From: Octopus bimaculoides
Taxonomy: Eukaryota
DNA length: 37,264 nt
NCBI RefSeq assembly: GCF_001194135.2
Contig: NC_068987.1
Location: forward strand, 77,429,661 to 77,466,924
Reading direction: 5' to 3'
Under the pieces are notes generated by a model. It did not search any database, was not told the DNA's origin, and was given only the letters and a program-made list of their open reading frames with translations. Positions 1-9,560 of the stretch are shown piece after piece (positions within the stretch are counted from its first letter, which is position 1; each line of letters starts with the position of its first letter). Made by a program: the position numbers and the translations under genes.

Positions 1-43
<43 letters not shown>

Positions 44-44
<1 letters not shown>

Positions 45-209
45 GTGATCTGATCAATAAGTTATCAGGACTGTTACCATAGTAACGAAGCCAAAGTACG
101 CAGAGTGAAGCCACTTGGCACAGATTGACCTTGAACTCTGCTGGGCATACATGCTTCACTCAGTGTACTCTAGCTTCGTTACTATGGCAACAGTCCGCAT
201 CAGACATCG
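44..209. mobile_element. Small foldback MITE with mariner-like terminal inverted repeats
   Basis: Arm 68-111 (GGACTGTTACCATAGTAACGAAGCCAAAGTACGCAGAGTGAAGC) is the near reverse complement of 153-196 (about 5 mismatches). The left end TA-CGTGATCTGATCAATAAGT resembles mariner TIRs and abuts (TA)n. The right TIR is partly deleted (ATCAGACATCG). Confidence 0.65.
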
Positions 210-334
210 CACACATACACACGCACACACATACTTCAAACTGCCAGTCAAACACCTTTCTACTGGTCATTCCTCTACGCACACGTGAAGGGACACACAA
301 CTACACAAAAAGACCACCACTCCTGCTACCATGC

Positions 335-392
<58 letters not shown>

Positions 393-395
393 TAG

Positions 396-594
396 TGTGT
401 GTGCTTCTGTTTGTCTTCCACCACTGCTTGACAAACAGTTTTGGTTTGGTTATTCTCTGTAAGTTAGCAGTTTGGCAGTCAGAGACTGATAGAACAAGTA
501 CCGGGCTTAGACAAGTCTAAGTACAGGAATCGATTTGTTCGACGAACATTTCATGGTTGCAGTCAAGTGAGTGAAAGAAGTAAAAGATAAAAGA
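396..594 (+). mobile_element. 3' portion of tRNA-derived CORE-type SINE (octopus OR-like family)
   Basis: Matches the reverse complement of the full copy at 1982-2380 (CTTGACAA...GATAGAACAAGTAC...GCAGTCAA...GTAAAAGA). Confidence 0.75.
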
Positions 595-708
595 TATATA
601 TATATATATGCGTCTGTATGTATGTATGTATGTATGAGGCATTACTGACAGACAATACATATACATATAGAAAGTGGGAAAAATTAATTATACGTTCATA
701 TTACACAC

Positions 709-1066
709 CATACTTCAAAGTGTCCTGTAGCGCATATTAATGTGCCTTCATCTACTATAACACACGTTGTGCGTATCTAAATATATCAATAAGCATTTGG
801 TTCTCATGCCATACCTTGAAGTACTCTGACGCATGTTTTTAAATATATATTATTAAGCATTCATTTATTACGTCATATCCTGCAGTGCTTTGCTGAATAT
901 CTATAAACACTTATTATTAAATCTTCATCTATCATATCATACCTTGAAGTATTCTGTTGCGTAATATATATAAACATATATTATTAAGCGCATATCATCA
1001 AGTTCATTTGGCATATCATTATTTGACACATTTGTTGTATATCCATAAACATATATTAAGCATTCA
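709..1066. repeat. Degenerate ~64-bp minisatellite
   Basis: CATA(C/T)C(T)TG(A/C)AGT unit starts at 810, 874 and 938, with weaker units at 709 and ~1010. Each unit carries ATATATT(ATT)AAGCATTCA-like sequence. Confidence 0.65.
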
Positions 1067-1495
1067 ACTGTAATACAATGCCTTTCATATACCTATATGT
1101 TAAATTTGTTTTTGTCTTTTTTTTTTTTTTCACAGGTTTGACATCAAATATAAGCATCAGTTTTCAAACATATGTCAAGAGCAGTTAATATCATTTTTGT
1201 CTTCTGAATATTCATATAAAATCTTTCTCATCGTATGTTCGATACTACATGTAACTGTTGAATACAAATTACTTGATCACTAGCGTAAGAGTCATTGAGG
1301 AAAGACTGATAATTCTGCAAGTAATCCGTCCTTTCCGTTAGTCATCATAATAAAGATGAGCGATGTAACCACATACGTGCTTTACTCGGACTTTCTGCCT
1401 TCTCTCCGGACCTTTTCTATTGCTCTAATACATTTACTGTGTACGCCGTTTTGACTTTTGTTCTTTTTACGTTTATTTTCTATTTGCCTATACAT

Positions 1496-1844
1496 GTGGA
1501 GACGCAATGGCCCAGTGGTTAGAGCAGCGGACTCGCGGTCATAGGATCGCGGTTTCGATTCCCAGACCGGGCGTTGTGAGGGTTTATTGAGCGAAAACAC
1601 CTAAGAGCTCCACGAAGTTCCGGCAGGGGATGGTGGCAAACCCTGCTGTACTCTTTCACCACAACTTTCCATCACTCTTACTTCCTGTTTCTGTTGTGCC
1701 TGTAATTCAAAGGGCCAGCCTTGTCACACTGTGTCACGCTGAATATCCCTGAAAACTACGTTAAGGGTACACGTGTCTGTGGAGTGCTCAGCCACTTGCA
1801 CGTTAATTTCACGAGCAGGCTGTTCCGTTGATCGGATCAACTGG
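1496..1844 (+). mobile_element. tRNA-derived SINE (family 2), cut off by an N gap
   Basis: Pol III A box TGGCCCAGTGG (1508-1518) and B box GGTTTCGATTCC (1551-1562), followed by ~280 bp of non-tRNA body. No tRNA acceptor-stem closure. Confidence 0.85.
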
Positions 1845-1926
1845 NNNNNNNNNNNNNNNNNNNNNNNNNNNNNNNNNNNNNNNNNNNNNNNNNNNNNNNN
1901 NNNNNNNNNNNNNNNNNNNNNNNNNN

Positions 1927-1958
<32 letters not shown>

Positions 1959-1981
1959 TCTTTTATTCTGTTATTATTTTA

Positions 1982-2380
1982 CTCTTTTACTTCTTTCAGT
2001 CATTTGACTGCGGCCATGCTGGAGCACCACTTTGGAGGGTTTTATTCGAACAAATCCCAAAGACTTATTTTTAAAAGCCTAGTACTAATTCTATCGGTCT
2101 CTTTTGCCGAACCGCTAAGTTATGGAGGCGTAAACACACCAATGCCGGTTGTCAATTGGTAATGGGGGGGACAAGCACAGACACAATGACACACACAAAT
2201 AGATATATACGTATATATACGACGGGCTTTTTTTTCAGTTTCTGTCTACCAAATCTACTCACAAGGCTTTGGTTTGCCTGAGGCTACAGTAGAATACACT
2301 TGCTCAAGGTGCCACCCAGTAGGACTGAACCTGGAACCATGTAGTTGGGATGCACACTTCTTATCTCACAGTCACGCCTG
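1982..2380 (-). mobile_element. Full-length tRNA-derived CORE-type SINE (octopus OR-like family)
   Basis: Minus strand reads CAGGCGTGACTGTG..GGTTCCAGGTTCAGTCC (A/B-box head), then GGCACCTTGAGCAAGTG (CORE-like), an internal microsatellite and a GTAAAAGAG tail. The specific family name is not verified. Confidence 0.85.
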
Positions 2381-2385
2381 TATTA

Positions 2386-3239
2386 TATGGGTTGTTCTAT
2401 AAATTTGACAGTTTGCATACAAGGAATAGAAAACCCAATATCCCATCCAAACATAAGAATATTTTAAGAAATAAAAAAAATGTTAACTAATTAGAGCTGG
2501 GAGATAGGAGTTTTTTCAAAGTAGCTGCCTTCAGCTTCCACCACGGCTTCAACCTGGCTCCGGAACCTCACGCATGCGTTCTTCACTTTGTCCCTGAAAA
2601 GATCTTCGAACACCTCCTTGATCTTGGCCACCAGGTTGGCCTTCGTGTTGCAAGCAAAGCAGTTGATGTCTTTCTCAGCAGCACCTCACACATAGTAATA
2701 CATAGGATTACAATCAGAGGAATAAAGAGGCCAAAAATTGAGATTGGCGAAGTCGTAGAAATTCTCCGAGAACCACTTCTGACTCTTTCCATGGGTAAAG
2801 TAAGGAGCTGAATGCTGTTGCCATATATATGGCCTTCTGATCAGAGTTTAACCACAATCTCCAGCCGTTTTACATAGCCATCTGAATTGAGTCTGAGGCC
2901 CTATTTGTCAGTTGTTGAATGAATTCCGGCGTGTGGAAGCGATCAGAAAGACGGCTGGGCCCTTTCCTGTTGACCACGACTTCGTAGTCCGTATTGGAGG
3001 TACCCATGTCATGTCCTACAACTTTTACAGTGTTCGCAGAGCGTTGAGCTGCAATCACGATGTCGCATTTTTATCATCATTATACAGGTAACTCTTTTCC
3101 AGTATTCAGATGGCTTCTTTTTTTTTCCCAACTGCAGCTTTAATCTTTATACTCTCCAATGCCGTTCACCTATGCAGTAACTGTTCCTAACGAAAGGAAA
3201 CAAAACAAATCATCAAATTTAGCGCCCGAACATCCTGTA
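2386..3239 (-). mobile_element. Decayed, internally deleted Tc1/mariner transposon of DD37D (maT) type
   Basis: Minus-strand peptide RPYIWQQHSAP...WFSENFYDF..NFWPLYSSDCNPMYYYV*GAAEK...KIKEVFEDL...RFRSQVEAVVEAEGSYFE. There are 37 residues between the positions of the 2nd and 3rd catalytic Asp, both mutated here. Degenerate ~30-bp TIRs with TA at 2386-2387 and 3238-3239. Confidence 0.85.
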
Positions 3240-3419
3240 CGTGTGTATATGCGCGCGGGAGAGCACTCGGCTGTGGTTGCAGGTAGGGGATTTCAGAAGT
3301 TACTTTTCGTCCGCCTTCGATGCTCTCCATTGTCTGCAAGACTGATGAATGAGATACACACACGTCACGTAAACACACACACGCGTGATCACGTGATATA
3401 TANNNNNNNNNNNNNNNNN

Positions 3420-3455
<36 letters not shown>

Positions 3456-3462
<7 letters not shown>

Positions 3463-3719
3463 ATTACATGTGACCGACCAGGCTATCAGATGTAGTTACA
3501 CATCGCTAGTCACAATGCGCTTTTTTGCATTGTTTCAGCCTTCAAATGACGCTGCCCTACTGGCTAGGTGAGCAGGCCAATATTCCCCACCTCCACCTTG
3601 ATTGAAGGGAGATGTGAACTGCAGTATTTTGCTCAAGAACACAACGCGTCGTCCTTTCAGGGAATTGAACCCACAATCTAGCGATCGTACAGCCTATCCA
3701 CTAGGCCACGCGCCTTCAC
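3456..3719 (-). mobile_element. tRNA-derived SINE (family 3)
   Basis: Minus strand starts GTGAAGGCGCGTGGCCTAGTGGATAGG (A box) and GGGTTCAATTCCC (B box), then GCGTTGTGTTCTTGAGCAAAA and a body ending ATCACGTGA(TA)n. Confidence 0.85.
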
Positions 3720-4547
3720 GCACACAGAAACGGTGTGTCCCCGAGAAAAACAGATTTGATTTTCGATATCTGCATCCCAAAGGGAAGGTATTCGGTAATT
3801 AATAATATAAAAATATAATTCGCTGCGAGAAATAACTCGACTTTTAAATCGCTAAATCTACCCCTCTGTGTCTGTCCTATCTATCTCTTTGTCTTTTATG
3901 TTTTTCCACTCTCTATATATATTTACCATTCTCTCTCCCTCTTCCTCTTTCTTTGTATATCTATATCTCTCATGCATGCTGCTCCCTCACTCTCACTCCT
4001 TCACTCTAACACACTCTCTCTTTCTCTCTTTCTTTCTTTTTCTTTCTTTCTTGATATGACATGCAATTGCTTTCATTTTGTTTAAATCTTCGCTGCAATA
4101 TTTTTCCTTTCATTTTGTGATAACTATCACACAAAAAACGCTAGCTTCCAAATCCTGTTTTCCGATTCAGTAAAAATCATCAAATTTTAAAATTCTGTAA
4201 CATTTTTCGAAAAGCTTTCGGTAAGAAATGAATAGCAAAATCGGATTCAGCGTAAAAAAGATTATATCAATGTACCAACTTTGAAAATTTTCGCTTAATT
4301 TTTAAATTTCAAAATCTGTGACAGCAACAGAAAAGAATCCCTCTATATATCTGTCTCTTTGGCTTTTAAGCGTTTTTCATTGTAAACTTCCCCACCCCCA
4401 CCCTATATATATATATATATATTTGCAACACTCTCTCCTTCTTTCTCTGTATATGCATGTTGCTCACGCTGTATGTGTGTGCGTGTGTGTGTACCAACGC
4501 GTGTGTATCAGTGCGTGTATGTATTCATGTGCGTAAGAAATTCCATT

Positions 4548-4925
4548 AGGGCAACAGAGTCGAAAGACCCTCAAAAAGCATCAGCGGCGAGTTCAGAAGA
4601 CACCCAAAATAAGAGTAGACTTGATGATGTGTGAACACGAACCCACCGTTGCACGTTCTCGGGAGAGACCCGAGCATTTGAGACATCGATAAGAGGACAA
4701 GCGCACAAGAGCCCCTGTCGCAATGACTCAGGGGATGATGTCCCATTTCGATTCGAATGACTTCAAATACTTTCTGTTGCCGGATTACACCTTGAAGAGT
4801 TCTGCTTCACCCATGGTCACCTTTACGTTGGCTGTTCAAGAGTAGGATGGGATAGAAATCTTTACATCTAAGCATCTGATGGAAAAACAAAATAACCTCG
4901 TTTATCTAGGCATTATAAATTGTTC
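4548..4925 (+). mobile_element. Internally deleted Helitron remnant (PIF1-like helicase C-terminal motifs)
   Basis: 4740-4900 translates to VPFRFE*LQILSVAGLHLEEFCFTHGHLYVGCSRVG..RNLYI*ASDGKTK. This matches the Helitron RepHel end (PFxFKRLQFP...GLxLxxPCFSHGQLYVACSRVG..NLYIxAPxGKTKN), with the QFPVRLAFAMTINKSQGQ block deleted. Confidence 0.75.
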
Positions 4926-4930
4926 CATAT

Positions 4931-5284
4931 AAGGCGGCGAGCTGGCAGAAACGTTAGCACGCCAGGCGAAATGCTTAGCGGTATTTCGTCTGCCGTAGCG
5001 TTCTGAGTTCAAATTCCACCGAGGTCGACTTCTTTCATCCTTTCGGAGTCGAGTAAATAAGTACCAGTTACGCACTGGGGATCGATATAATCGACTTAAT
5101 CCGTTTGATTGTCCTTGTTTGTCCCCTCTGTGTGTAGCCCCTTGTGGGCAGTAAATGAATAAGAAACGTTAGCACGCCGGGCAAAATGCTTAGCGGTATT
5201 TCGTCTGTCTTTACGTTTTGAGTTTAATTTCCGCCGAGGTCGACTTTGCCTTTCATCCTTTTGGGGTCGATAAATTAAATACCA
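4931..5284 (+). mobile_element. Tandem pair of tRNA-derived SINEs (family 4, octopus OK/OR-like)
   Basis: AAGGCGGCGAGCTGGCAGAA (A box)...GAGTTCAAATTCC (B box)...GGTCGAC...AAGTACCAG. A second unit restarts at ~5163 and runs into the N gap. Confidence 0.9.
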
Positions 5285-5347
5285 NNNNNNNNNNNNNNNN
5301 NNNNNNNNNNNNNNNNNNNNNNNNNNNNNNNNNNNNNNNNNNNNNNN

Positions 5348-5389
<42 letters not shown>

Positions 5390-5451
5390 TGCATGTATGT
5401 GTATATATGTATGCATAATGTGTGTTACATGTGTAGATATATCTGTTATTA

Positions 5452-5543
5452 TTGGGGTCGATAAAATAAGTTCCAGCTGAGCGCCGAAGTCAATGTAATC
5501 TTTATCCCCTCTCCCGAAAATACTGACCTTCTGCCAAAATTTG

Positions 5544-5547
<4 letters not shown>
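5452..5547 (+). mobile_element. 3' fragment of family-4 SINE
   Basis: GGGGTCGATAAAATAAGTTCCAG...TCCCCTCTCCCGAAAA...CAAAATTTGAAATC followed by (ATC)n. Confidence 0.75.
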
Positions 5548-5578
<31 letters not shown>

Positions 5579-5602
5579 TCGTCCATTAGTATATATATAT
5601 AT

Positions 5603-5642
<40 letters not shown>

Positions 5643-5727
5643 TCAAGGTGAATATGGTACTTAAGTTTAGGCACCAGAATTGAGAATGGTATTATTCATA
5701 CAATTTCAAAATAAGGTGATTAAAATC

Positions 5728-5954
5728 CAAATAAGCAACAAGGATATCCAAAGTTAATGTAGTACGATCATTTCATGCGACTCCATTTATTTACCTTCTG
5801 TTGAAATGTAATTTCAGTAAATTTCTATATCTTTGAGCAGCTGAGGATTGCTCTGCATTTAACATTTGATGTAATGTTCACATTGCTTAAATAAACGGAG
5901 TCGCATGAAACGATCGTACTGCATTAACTTTGGTTATCAATGTTGCTTATTTTG
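5728..5954. mobile_element. Foldback element / MITE with ~65-bp inverted arms
   Basis: 5728-5792 (CAAATAAGCAACAAGGATATCCAAAGTTAATGTAGTACGATCATTTCATGCGACTCCATTTATTT) is the near reverse complement of 5889-5954, around a ~95-bp spacer. Confidence 0.75.
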
Positions 5955-6855
5955 ATCATACATATATATATATGACTATTTTCTGATGAGTCCTTTAAGA
6001 TCGTATGATGTGATTTGATAGAAATTTGGCTGCTATATCTAAGAGGTCGGGCACCTCCATAGGCTCGAAGTAGAATTATTCTACGATCAGTCGGAGTGGA
6101 ACCCAGATATGTTGAATGATATTCCAATTGTCACTCATCATTCCGTTCTTTTTCATATCACAAACTATGTCGTTCAAGAAAGCCTTTATTAATGACGGTT
6201 GGATATGTAGATGTAACTTACGAGAATTTTTGGCTGCTATTTTCAGCTGGTTGAGAAACCATATATTAGCACTTTCTCTTTTGCTGCCTTCTCTCTCTCT
6301 CTCTCTTTCTCCTTCCCTCTCGCTTCTATCTCTTTTTTCTTCCACTCTTTTCTTTTCTTTCTTCTCTCTCTCTCTCTCTCTTTCCCTCTCTCTCTCTCTC
6401 CCTCTCTCTCTCTCTCTCACATCCTCTACTTCATATCTTCTGAGTAGATGACAGTTCATTACTTCAGCGAAGTAATTGACTTTCATGACAGTGTGAGTTA
6501 TGGATTACATCGTCGGAGGTTGAGAGAAGAGTGTTTAGAAGGAGGGTGGGGAGGTATTTTCCGATTACAAATATACATATCGGCACCTTAACATCATTAT
6601 TATTAGATTATCTAGTTGCAGACCATTAGTTATAACGAGAGTGTATAATTTGACTGAATTAATCCTAGAATATAACTGGTAATTGTTTTATCGACCTTCC
6701 AGAGATGAAAGCCAAGTTTGTTTGCACAGTGATGCAATGTGCTGAGTGCACTGCATTTCATTGTAATCTTGCTTATTGTGTTAAACTGTGACGAAAATAA
6801 CAATAACAATAACAACAACAACAACAGCTACTACTATTACTACTACTACTACTAC

Positions 6856-6893
<38 letters not shown>

Positions 6894-7206
6894 GTAACAA
6901 CAACAACAACAACAGCAATAATAATAGTAATAATACTGTTTATCAAAGGCATTTCATATGAAAATCGATTTATGTGTTTATTAGGAAGTATAAGCTAATT
7001 AGTTCATCGGCATAAATTGGAGCTGTTTGTATGTACATTGACTAACAAACTAGCAAATTAATTAGAATGCTGTTTCTCACTCGGAACAGCCTTTGTATCG
7101 GCACAAACTGTCTGCGGTTGTAGTGTATAATTGATCATTCATCTACGTGGGAAGACTATATTTTGTAATTTAGTGGCTGATTTATGGAATAGGAAGAGAA
7201 AAACAA

Positions 7207-7269
<63 letters not shown>

Positions 7270-8053
7270 GCTCATCCAGAGTTGGTAAACTACTGGTAAA
7301 CTAAGAACTAGCTATGCGTTAACATAGATTCTATTAACTGTATTCCCTGTATTCGAGAATATTCGATCCTATTTCCTTGTCAAAATGAATCATAATTTAT
7401 TACATGATAAAGATGTAATCTCATAGAAGAATTAACTTACGTCTTAAAGACATAAAATGATCCATTATATTCGTCCATCAAAATTTATAGAAATCTATTA
7501 GATATTTTCTTTACGATACGTTTAACTATTATATTACACCTCATTGGTATAACAATGCTTGGTAAACGAAGATAGATAAATACACGTTGTATATTTGGTT
7601 ACTATGACTTTTTCCTTATCAATACCTGATCTGGATATTGTTCAATATCAACATCAAGTTCTTTTGACCATTTTTAATAATCTGTGTCCATAATAATCTG
7701 CCAAGCTGCAATGCATATTTCTTTTTATTGAAATACTTTTCTAAAATTTGGTGGAATATTCTCTGTGTTACGTTTCGCTTGGAACAAATAAGGAACATAA
7801 CAATGCTTAAATTTTGCAAATACTATTTGCATTTTTCACTGCACTTGCACTAGGCTCTATTTATAAAGTTTAACTGGTTGAATTACTATACAGAGACTCT
7901 CTCATCAGCTTATGTGAGCTGTATATTAACTTTACGGCTTTAAAGAAGTGGAGAGTTGATTCACTTTTCAAAGGATGCCATACAAGGCGCTATTATTTCG
8001 TTTGCGCTACGTTGCTTCGGATGGCTATGAAGCCACCATCAACTGCCGGTTTC

Positions 8054-8255
8054 ATATCAGATGTGATTTGCATCGTTTTAGCCATCGAATGATAGCACCC
8101 TGCTGGCTAGGCGAGCAGACCAGCATTGCCTCATTGATCGAAAGGGGACTGGAGCAATGTGAAAGAAAATGTTTTGAAGGCGCGTGGCCTAGTGGTTAGG
8201 CTATTGCACTCACGATCGTTGGATCGTGGGTTCGATTCGCGTTGTACTCTTCAGC
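8054..8255. mobile_element. Family-3 SINE with body on minus (8054-8176) and head on plus (8175-8255)
   Basis: 8054-8176 aligns to the body of the 3456-3719 copy in the same (minus) orientation. 8175-8255 is the tRNA head GAAGGCGCGTGGCCTAGTGGTTAGG...GGGTTCGATTC...GCGTTGT on plus. Confidence 0.75.
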
Positions 8256-9207
8256 TCTTTCCTTTCCAGAGGAGTGTGTAGTCCCTCTCCTTCGGTGTAC
8301 CTGCATCGGCTAACAGTGTTTCCTGCAGAGCAGCGATATCGACATTCAGTCTCTTGAGCTCCTCGTTGATGACAGCTGTTTTTCTGGCGTCACTGATGTC
8401 CTGAAGGTCCTGGGAGAGGCCAGGCACCATTGTCCGGACGTTCCAGCATTCCAGTTTTAGAGCTATCTTTTTGAAAGCTTTTCTGTTTTTGGCTGGTGCG
8501 GTAGTTGATGATCTGCTTGTCGGATTTTCTCCTAATCCCCATGCACCCAATGAGGAAAGCAAGCTGTGGCGGGACAACACCTTACTGGCTGGGGTCTGCC
8601 TAACTTGAAGTGGGCGGTAGCTGTCCAATGAGACTTGAAGATCTCTCCTACCGTCGGAAGAAACCCCTGGCGCTGCACTCTACGCCAATTGAGTAAAAGC
8701 TTGTAACCGGTATCTGCTGCTTCCCGTGTTGTGTCGACACCAAATAAATGGCGAAGCTGGAGTGTTCTCTTCAGGTACAGGTGTGCATGTTTAATGATGG
8801 CGTGGACGGATGTGAGCCTGGGTAATGTAGTATGGATAACAGGTTGTTGGCCATGCAACTTGTGCTCCCTCTCTACTTTGCTGACGAATCCAAAGTAACA
8901 ACGGGCTGCTACAGTTTGGTGCCAATATGTCACAGGAGCTGCTAGGACGAAGTTGAAGTCAACATCGAGCTGCGTTAGGGGCTCCGACTCCTGATTTTTC
9001 CTCGAGGTTTACTCCTGAAGCCTTCCCTGCGATCAGGTATCCCACAAGACGCAAGGTTTGAAATCAGGGTTTCCTTTCCCCCAGGTGGGCTACCCTCCCG
9101 GGTTGACGAGCTCCGCCTGCCCGAAGCAACTGGTTTTGAGGCACCAGATACCCGCCTTTTCTCCTTCTCCCGTCAGTGGTAGCAGTTCCACCGGGCTTAG
9201 AAACTAA
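8247..9207 (-). mobile_element. 5' part of an RTE-clade (BovB-like) LINE: 5' UTR plus start of the APE endonuclease
   Basis: ORF 8251-8628 (-) contains LKLECWNVRTM...ARKTAVINEELKRLNVDIAALQET.LADAGT.KERDYT..WKGKS, the typical N-terminus of RTE-clade apurinic endonucleases. A GC-rich leader lies upstream. Confidence 0.9.
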
Positions 9208-9349
9208 GCCGCCATACAATATATATACAATTTAAGAACATAATATACTATATGTACACACACACGTTGAAATACAATATATACAATACGCACACACACA
9301 GAGTTTAAAATGCAATATATACAATACACACACGCAAACACTCCACAAA

Positions 9350-9560
9350 CACACGTAGTTGAATGGCCGTTGACTAAATTGTAGTTCCTCCGCCCTTTGA
9401 CGGGTGTTATTTTTTGTCCCGCAGGTGGCTCAACAAGCACCCACCTCACTAAGCAGGCCTGGTGGGGTTGCCAGTTTAGTGTTTAGTCGCCGACGACCCG
9501 ACCATGGAACAGGTTGTACTAGACTACATAGTACTAGTAGCACTCAAGAGCGACCTGACA
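9350..9560 (-). mobile_element. Probable extreme 5' UTR of the same RTE LINE, separated by a CA/TA-rich insertion
   Basis: GC-rich block (GGTGGGGTTGCCAG, AGTCGCCGACGACCCGACC) next to the RTE leader. Assignment is by resemblance and position only. Confidence 0.45.

Noticed and set aside
1496-1580. tRNA gene
   Set aside because: A and B boxes are present, but there is no acceptor stem or terminator and it continues into a SINE body.
4060-4320. DNA-transposon terminal remnant
   Set aside because: It has a MITE-like look (CGGATTCAG/CCGATTCAG), but I could not pair any TIR or TSD.
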